Origin: an uncultured Limnohabitans sp.
GTDB taxonomy: Bacteria > Pseudomonadota > Gammaproteobacteria > Burkholderiales > Burkholderiaceae_C
Direction of reading: 5' to 3'
DNA: 39,730 nucleotides
NCBI GenBank assembly: GCA_964422575.1
Contig: CAYRBW010000001.1
Span: 1 to 39,730 of the forward strand
In this document: piece after piece, positions 34,215 through 39,730 of the stretch
Position numbering within the stretch: position 1 is the first letter of the stretch
How the letters are laid out: each line of letters opens with the position of its first letter
Notes under the pieces: model-generated
What the model saw: the letters and a program-made list of their open reading frames with translations, nothing else
Databases searched by the model: none
What the model was told of the DNA's origin: nothing
Program-made: the position numbers and the translations under genes

Positions 34215-34730
34215 TTAACCGTTGGTCCCGGTGTTTTGAGTGCCTTCAGCTTCTTCTGCGGGAGCAGCGTCTTGCTTGGGCAATTCATAAACCAGTTTCC
34301 AGCCGGACTGATTTTCACCGTTGTTTGCCGACTTGACCCACGCACGGCGGATCAACAGCAAGCGAGCTTTCAAGACTGTCCGGACCTGACCGGCGTTGGG
34401 GCCTTTGGTCAATGTGAACGAATCAATGAAAGGGTCGCCAGCTTTGAACTGCACCATGACACGAAGGTCTTGGTTGTTCGCATCGGCTTGCAAAGTAGAC
34501 AGCACGGTCTCGGCTTGCTCGGTCACAGCATGAGTGTCCAAGTTGAGGAATTTGACCCCATCTTTGACACCTTTTTCACCGTACATCGCACCGATTTCGC
34601 CAGCCCAGTAAGAGCTTTTGGAACCACGGGGAGTTACCGAACGCACGCGGCGCAGATAGCCCAGACCGTTGATGTGAAGGTCGATGAAATTGCTGGATTG
34701 CTGAGTAGCAGTGTTTTGAGTTGCAGACAT
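34215..34730 (-). CDS. DUF3577 (STY4534-like) ICE protein
   Basis: F.DLH..GLGYL.R.R.V, F..GD...D.F, LKARLL.I motifs. Confidence 0.88.
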   Translation of the reverse strand: MSATQNTATQQSSNFIDLHINGLGYLRRVRSVTPRGSKSSYWAGEIGAMYGEKGVKDGVKFLNLDTHAVTEQAETVLSTLQADANNQDLRVMVQFKAGDPFIDSFTLTKGPNAGQVRTVLKARLLLIRRAWVKSANNGENQSGWKLVYELPKQDAAPAEEAEGTQNTGTNG

Positions 34731-34808
34731 GGAAGTTCTCCTTGAAATGAAAAAAAGGGGAACGCCACGCCCTTGCCAGGGATAGGTATTCCCCGACGGG
34801 TGGATAAA
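34731..34808 (-). repeat. Structured leader R8 (DUF3577)
   Basis: TTTATCCACCC-GTCGGGGAATACCTATCCCT-GGCA-AGGGCGTGGCGTTCCCC-TTTTTTT...AAGGAGAAC. Confidence 0.8.
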
Positions 34809-34993
34809 GAAAGAAAACGTCCCGACTCTTACGAGTGCCGTCAACCATGCATCTTGCGATGTAGAGGATTTGGAACCAACGACGAAGGGTGCAGGTGAAC
34901 CTGCGACTTGGGTGCTGATGAGATCAGCGGACAAGTGCAGTAATTTTGCCGAAAACCCAAGCTCTTGTGACTACGAGCAGTGGCGGGTGGGGT

Positions 34994-36205
34994 TTAGAAA
35001 TTCACGCTGCGTGCATACGGCACACCAAAAAGACGCGACCATGCTTGGGCGCTGTGTGCAAGATTTCGATTCAGATGCATGTCCTGGGCGAACCACATGC
35101 TGCTGAGGCTCACAACCCTGTCTACGCCCTGAAAATGCAGTTGCCATGCCGCCCATGGCAGCAAGTCCTCATAGCAAATTGAGACCCCGACTTTGTGCCC
35201 GTCAATGGTCACCACAGAATCAGCCCAAGGGCTAAAACTGAAAGCGCCGGGACGCCACATGCCGATTGGCATGGGGATGCGTCCATCAATAAAAACGGGT
35301 GATTTTTTTGACTCCCATAGCAAGAATCCGTTGGTCCAATTTGCGTGCGGTTGCCCAGATCTCTCAACAGCGGCCCCCACCAGCCAGGTCTGTCCTTCGG
35401 CAGGACCTTGACTGGATTGATCCGAGAGCCAATATTGGGTGCGTGCTGACCATTGGCCGATCGCCATTTCCGGCCAAATGACCAGGCGTGCCTCTTTCGG
35501 GATGGTCTTTTCCATTTGAGTGAAATTGGTCACTCGTCTATGCTGAGAAACAGGATCAAGCCTGACTTCACCCCACCGTGTTTGCATTGCGTGGACAATC
35601 ATCTCCGCGCCTGTCTGCATGAACTCGCGAGCATGAACAGGTGCCAGGTAACTGCCTGCGATGACAAGCCATGCCCAGGTCTTCAGGCGACGAGGCCAGA
35701 TCAGCACACATGCCATGGCAGCACAAGTCAAGAGGGCCAGGGCGATGCCTATCCAGCCATGGCCGGGAAACCACAGTCCTGTGGCAGTCCACGGCGACAC
35801 AATGCTGAACCAGCCGATCGGAGGTAGGTTGATGAGTAAAGCAGCCAACGGAACGCTGAGAATGCGTATGACCAAACTGGAATGCCAGCCAATTGAACAA
35901 GCTGCAGCCAGTACGGCTGACCAGCTGAGCCAACTGGCCAAGCCGAGAAACAATCCAGTGATCGGTCCTGTCTGAAAGAATATTTGCGGTAAGTCGATCA
36001 GCTCGATCATCGCCACGGCGAAATACACCCAAGCAACAGCCGCCAAACGGCTGCGAGAGTGCGCGGCAGCGGCCCAGCACGGCAGCGCAAACAAGGCCAC
36101 CCAGGTTAGGCCCTGCCCCCAGGCCATCCATGCACTGGCTCCTGACAGTGTGCAGAAAAGCAAAAAGCTACACGAGCTGCTACGACAGCGGAGATTCAAC
36201 ACCAT
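34994..36205 (-). CDS. Membrane CN-hydrolase, apolipoprotein N-acyltransferase-like (conjugal TraB type)
   Basis: Multi-TM N-terminus, WPE and ICYED nitrilase motifs, AW.RLFG.P. Confidence 0.8.
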   Translation of the reverse strand: MVLNLRCRSSSCSFLLFCTLSGASAWMAWGQGLTWVALFALPCWAAAAHSRSRLAAVAWVYFAVAMIELIDLPQIFFQTGPITGLFLGLASWLSWSAVLAAACSIGWHSSLVIRILSVPLAALLINLPPIGWFSIVSPWTATGLWFPGHGWIGIALALLTCAAMACVLIWPRRLKTWAWLVIAGSYLAPVHAREFMQTGAEMIVHAMQTRWGEVRLDPVSQHRRVTNFTQMEKTIPKEARLVIWPEMAIGQWSARTQYWLSDQSSQGPAEGQTWLVGAAVERSGQPHANWTNGFLLWESKKSPVFIDGRIPMPIGMWRPGAFSFSPWADSVVTIDGHKVGVSICYEDLLPWAAWQLHFQGVDRVVSLSSMWFAQDMHLNRNLAHSAQAWSRLFGVPYARSVNF

Positions 36206-36385
36206 GGGGGAATCGTACAGGTGTTGCGGTTTGTAGCGGCACTCAAAAATCCACTTGCCAAATCCAAAATGCTTGCACTAAAATGAAAGCGTTGCGATCG
36301 GTCATAGGGGAACCGCGCCCCTTGGGATTCGACAGTATCCGGTTTGGCTATGTGATGCCCCGACTGTCTTAACTTAAGGACAAAC

Positions 36386-36712
36386 ATGAGTTTCCCGCAA
36401 CTACCCTCCTATCTGCCAACGGCTGCTGAATCCACCAGCATACCCGTTTGCCTCCCTCCAGCCCGTGACCTGAACAGCGGTTGCATCTTGTTTGATGCAG
36501 CTTTGCTTTTTTCGCAGCGTCGTTGTTCGCCTGGTCAAAAAGTCAAGCATGCAAAGTATGGTCTGGGCACAGTACGTGCTGCGACAGGCCAACTCAGAAT
36601 AGTTGATTTTGAAGTGCCGATGGAAGAATTCAACGACCAAGGTGATCTTGAGTGCTGGGTACAAGCTCGTGGCATTCAAGTCGTAGTAACCGAACTTGAA
36701 TTGGGGGTGTGA
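36386..36712 (+). CDS. Hypothetical protein with SH3-like G.KVKH.KYG.GTV motif
   Basis: RBS AAGGA; motif resembles UvrD/PcrA Tudor-type C-terminal domains. Confidence 0.55.
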   Translation: MSFPQLPSYLPTAAESTSIPVCLPPARDLNSGCILFDAALLFSQRRCSPGQKVKHAKYGLGTVRAATGQLRIVDFEVPMEEFNDQGDLECWVQARGIQVVVTELELGV

Positions 36713-36713
36713 T

Positions 36714-36947
36714 ATGTGCAACCATGATTGCAATTGTTGTGGAGGCGGATGCATAGACTTTGTTACAGCACTTTGTGAAATCGTTTATGAATTTGTTGGA
36801 TGTTTCTTTTTGTTGATTTTCATTTTTCTAAAGGCGATCGTTGTGTTCGCCCCAGTGAGAAGTAACATTGGTGAACCGATTGGAATTCGTTTGATCAATG
36901 CTTACAAAGCAAGGAAAAATCGTCAGAACCAAGGAGAACAGTCATGA
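36714..36947 (+). CDS. Small Cys-rich membrane protein
   Basis: MCNHDCNCCGGGC then a TM; overlaps the lipoprotein start. Confidence 0.45.
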   Translation: MCNHDCNCCGGGCIDFVTALCEIVYEFVGCFFLLIFIFLKAIVVFAPVRSNIGEPIGIRLINAYKARKNRQNQGEQS

Positions 36948-37522
36948 AAATTTTCCGCACCTTTGCACTGCTCGTGTCCACCGTTGCCTTGCTGGGGTTG
37001 GGGGGGTGTGCTACCTACACTGCGAAAGATGTTCTTGTTCAATTTGAGCCTGGTGAAAATAAAGTCTATGCAGTAGTACCTGGTGAACCAAAGAAGCTAG
37101 TTGATATCAAAGATTTTGGGAAACGGTGTGGCAACCAAGAATTGGGTGACACCGCCGATCGAGCCTACAACGAATGGATGAACATCAATGTGTGCGCAAC
37201 ACCAGAGAAATGGCAAACTGTTGCCACCGTTTACTTAACAAAAGTTTGGGGTACGGATGGTCTAAGAACAATGCCTGCACTAGCACCGGCAAGTTTCAAT
37301 ATCGAACGAGACGATATTTTGGAGCTTAATTTTTCAATAACAGATCAAGGTCGGGGTACCAGACCAGCTATTGTCACTCGGGTTGCCCGCAAAGCCAAAG
37401 ACGCTACCAAGGAATCAGGCTGCTACTGGGATGGCGGTAAAGGTGCCACTACAGCATTTATAGGCGGTGGTGCAGTGTGCGATGGCTGGAACTGGCGTGA
37501 TCAGAAGTTCGCCAAAGAATGA
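36944..37522 (+). CDS. Lipoprotein of unknown function
   Basis: Signal peptide with lipobox LGGC; RBS AAGGAG. Confidence 0.8.
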   Translation: MKIFRTFALLVSTVALLGLGGCATYTAKDVLVQFEPGENKVYAVVPGEPKKLVDIKDFGKRCGNQELGDTADRAYNEWMNINVCATPEKWQTVATVYLTKVWGTDGLRTMPALAPASFNIERDDILELNFSITDQGRGTRPAIVTRVARKAKDATKESGCYWDGGKGATTAFIGGGAVCDGWNWRDQKFAKE

Positions 37523-37544
37523 ACTGAACCTGTTGATTTTAATC

Positions 37545-37572
37545 CAAAAGGGCCGCATCAGCGGCCCTTTTG
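37545..37572. terminator. Bidirectional intrinsic terminator
   Basis: CAAAAGGGCCGC-ATCA-GCGGCCCTTTTG. Confidence 0.85.
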
Positions 37573-37789
37573 CATTTGTAGCTGTGAGTAACCCGTAAAA
37601 AATGGGAAAGCTCCGTAAATGATGGGAATTTCCCGCGAATAAAGGGAAAACTTGGAGCCATTTTCCCCCTCAGAGGCTGCGGCGAACTGTGCTTAATGGG
37701 TGATATAGGTGGCGATATGGTATGGAGACTTATACCATCTGAAAGATCAAAATCACAAGCAAAATCAAGGACTTACGCCTCGTTGGCAT

Positions 37790-38119
37790 TTACGAAAAAA
37801 GCTCGGAGTGTGTCCCGCTACGCACGAACACCACCAAGCCAACCCTACTTGAATCATCAAGTCTGTAGATCAGCAGGAAATCACCACCTACATGGCACTC
37901 ACGATGGCCCAGCCAATCGCCCGTCAATGGATGGTCTAACCACTCAGCGGGCAGAGGTCCACCGTTCGCAACCAGTAGCAACATGGCCTCTTTCAGCCTA
38001 TTCATGTTGTACCGACCAGAATGGGACAGGCGCTGCCAATCCTTCTGAAATTCTCTGGTGTAGTCTGAAGCCCGAGGTAGGCTTGCCCGCTTACTTGCGG
38101 CTGGTTTTTTCGAGGTCAT
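37790..38119 (-). CDS. yafQ: YafQ family mRNA interferase toxin
   Basis: DHPL.GDW...RECHV.GDFLLIY...R.GTHSELF. Confidence 0.92.
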   Translation of the reverse strand: MTSKKPAASKRASLPRASDYTREFQKDWQRLSHSGRYNMNRLKEAMLLLVANGGPLPAEWLDHPLTGDWLGHRECHVGGDFLLIYRLDDSSRVGLVVFVRSGTHSELFS

Positions 38120-38372
38120 TCAACAGCGCGTCAGCAGTTGCAAAACGAGCCCGACGACTCTGAACAATTTGATCGCCCTCAGCGATAGCCACACGGCTGG
38201 TTTCATTCGGAGCTTTGAGCGCGAAGGGTAGTTCTTTGTCTGCAACGATACGGGTCAGGAACACGCGAACAGCATCCGAAACAGTCAGCCCCATAGAGCT
38301 AAGCGTTTCAGCAGCTTGGGCTTTGATCTTTTCGTCCACCCGAACGTGAACCATTGTTGTGGTCGCGGCCAT
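38091..38372 (-). CDS. dinJ: DinJ/RelB family antitoxin
   Basis: VHVRVDE.IK.QA...L..MGLTVSDAVR.FL...LPF...PN..S; RBS AGGAGG. Confidence 0.92.
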   Translation of the reverse strand: MAATTTMVHVRVDEKIKAQAAETLSSMGLTVSDAVRVFLTRIVADKELPFALKAPNETSRVAIAEGDQIVQSRRARFATADALLNDLEKTSRK

Positions 38373-38392
38373 GATTGCCTCCTGAGTTGATA

Positions 38393-38417
38393 GATTGAGA
38401 TACATTGTATCTCAATC
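38393..38417. promoter_or_regulatory. Toxin-antitoxin autoregulatory operator
   Basis: GATTGAGATACA-T-TGTATCTCAATC, perfect 12-bp arms just upstream of dinJ. Confidence 0.75.
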
Positions 38418-38565
38418 CGCTGATTTGGCTTGAGTGCAATCATCTATGCTGAGCGTCAATCCATTCCCATGAAATTCGATATTTTTTCCCACGTATCTAA
38501 AACAAATCAAGGCCGCTGACGTGGATTTTTCCCAATATTTACGGACTTCTCACAGTAGCAGTCAA

Positions 38566-39730
38566 TCAATCCGCACTGTCCGATTCGTCGATGTAGACAG
38601 CCGTGGCCATACAGTTGTACAGCGTCTTTTGATCCTGGCCGTAACCCGCACTGATGCATGCTTGGCGTTTGCGTTCGAAGTCTTTGCTGTTGTACGCGAT
38701 GTTGGGGTGTGAGTCCGAGCGTGGCGTGCCACCGGGCTCCAGACCTTGAGCCAGGCATTGCGCCCGAGATAAGTTCACAGGGCAGTTGCCCTCGATGAGC
38801 TGACGAGTCGCCTGGAAGTTGTTGCCCGACTGCGGTGTACCTGGATTGCCTGATTGGATGTGTCGAGCTGATGCTGCAGCATAAAGCCCAGTGCAGTGGG
38901 CGTTGTTACAGTATGAGCCATCGCTTACGCCCATGCTCACTTGCTCGGGTGTCATGCCCATCTGGCCCAACCAATTTTGCTGGGGGCTGGACAAGGGTCC
39001 ACCTTGGAGCATGCCGTTGATTGTGGCGTAGCCCAAACCCGCTCCTGCAGCAATAGTTGTTCCAGCAATCGAAGGCCCGACGACTGCGACTGCCGCAGTG
39101 TTTGCCCCAACAATCTGTCCGCCTGCCACAGCCCAATTTCCCGTTCCCGCAATCATCGCCCCAGCTCCCCAAGTCAGCGCTGCTGTCACCAGCATAAATG
39201 CAATGCCGGTCCAGCTGCTTTTGGTTTGTACGTTGCGGTAGATCTCTTCCTCGATGTTGGGGATGTTGCCGCCTTCCAAGTGTTCCATCACAAAGCCTGC
39301 AAAGGCCAGCTGGTCGGGGTGCGTGCACGTGGTCGTCCTGGGGCAGATGACGGCCATCATGGATGGCGTCACGTTGTTGCGCTGCGTGGACATGGACAAG
39401 GGAGCAGCCAGGTAGACCTTGGGCCGGGCATAGCCGATCGTGGTCGTGGTGATTTTTTTCCTGAGCAGGTTGCCGCTGGTGGTTTGCTTTTGGTCCAGCC
39501 GCAGAGAGGTTTCAACAAAGAAGGCGTAGGGGGCACGGTGATGCATCATGGCTTGGCCCACCGCCACTTGGGCAGCACCAATGCTCATGTTGTAAAAAGT
39601 GGGGTCAGTGGCCGCACCCGAGTGCTTGGGATAGAACGGGTCGATGCCCCGGGTGTAGGGGCTCCAGTTTTCTCCTTTGTCGCGGAACATGCGCCGCACA
39701 ATGTGCCAGCGGCCGTGCTGCGGGGTGTAG
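38566..39730 (-). CDS. Large hypothetical protein, C-terminal part, with Gly/Ala-rich TM region and paired cysteines (5' end outside the window)
   Basis: Long open frame; hydrophobic segment SWTGIAFMLVTAALTWGAG; probably exported or transfer-related. Confidence 0.7.
   Translation of the reverse strand, partial: YTPQHGRWHIVRRMFRDKGENWSPYTRGIDPFYPKHSGAATDPTFYNMSIGAAQVAVGQAMMHHRAPYAFFVETSLRLDQKQTTSGNLLRKKITTTTIGYARPKVYLAAPLSMSTQRNNVTPSMMAVICPRTTTCTHPDQLAFAGFVMEHLEGGNIPNIEEEIYRNVQTKSSWTGIAFMLVTAALTWGAGAMIAGTGNWAVAGGQIVGANTAAVAVVGPSIAGTTIAAGAGLGYATINGMLQGGPLSSPQQNWLGQMGMTPEQVSMGVSDGSYCNNAHCTGLYAAASARHIQSGNPGTPQSGNNFQATRQLIEGNCPVNLSRAQCLAQGLEPGGTPRSDSHPNIAYNSKDFERKRQACISAGYGQDQKTLYNCMATAVYIDESDSAD

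Larger units (their letters stand above)
37583..38554. mobile_element. Non-autonomous mini-transposon (972 bp) carrying DinJ-YafQ
   Basis: TGT..ACA termini, 27-bp TIRs (22/27 identical), 5-bp TSD GTAGC at 37578-37582 and 38555-38559, repeated sub-terminal GGGAA sites, no transposase. Confidence 0.88.
4709..39730. mobile_element. PFGI-1/ICEclc/pKLC102-like integrative conjugative element, parA-end arm (continues beyond the window)
   Basis: Gene order parA-parB-DUF2857-rep-inrR-DUF3158-ssb-topB, then helicase, methyltransferase, DUF3275, DUF3577; left boundary is approximate. Confidence 0.9.

Noticed and set aside
34731-34934. N-terminal extensions called for DUF3577 (and likewise 31475..32095, 32856..33350, 28630..29082)
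   Set aside because: The extensions run through the structured leaders; downstream ATGs have clear GGAGA RBSs
34810-34993. Possible oriT
   Set aside because: No recognisable nic motif, and no relaxase in the window to anchor the call

Overview
Positions 1-~4690 are ordinary betaproteobacterial (Comamonadaceae-like) chromosome: 3' end of glyS, gmhB, plsC, an M48/YgjP peptidase, an MBL-fold hydrolase and the MerR-family regulator liuR. Just after a second LiuR operator, with no tRNA at the junction, the sequence switches to one arm of a PFGI-1/ICEclc/pKLC102-type integrative conjugative element (ICE) that runs off the window. The ICE arm carries parA, a ParB-like gene, DUF2857, a phage-like replication module, inrR/DUF1845, DUF3158, ssb, a tyrosine recombinase and topB. 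A minus-strand leading-region block follows (SprT, helicase, methyltransferase, DUF3275, DUF3577, TraB/Lnt-like). The most notable structure is non-coding: (1) two tandem gene-pair cassettes bounded by a 12-19 bp core, each ending in a covarying ~145-bp structured repeat; (2) eight related two-state hairpin leaders whose 3' arm is complementary to each gene's own Shine-Dalgarno region; (3) a 972-bp transposase-less mini-transposon with TGT..ACA ends and a 5-bp target duplication, carrying only DinJ-YafQ; (4) five 22-bp-period iterons inside the rep gene; (5) an 11-6-11 recombination site on the recombinase start; (6) a probable attachment site in a LiuR operator. All family assignments come from motif recognition and gene order, not database searches.
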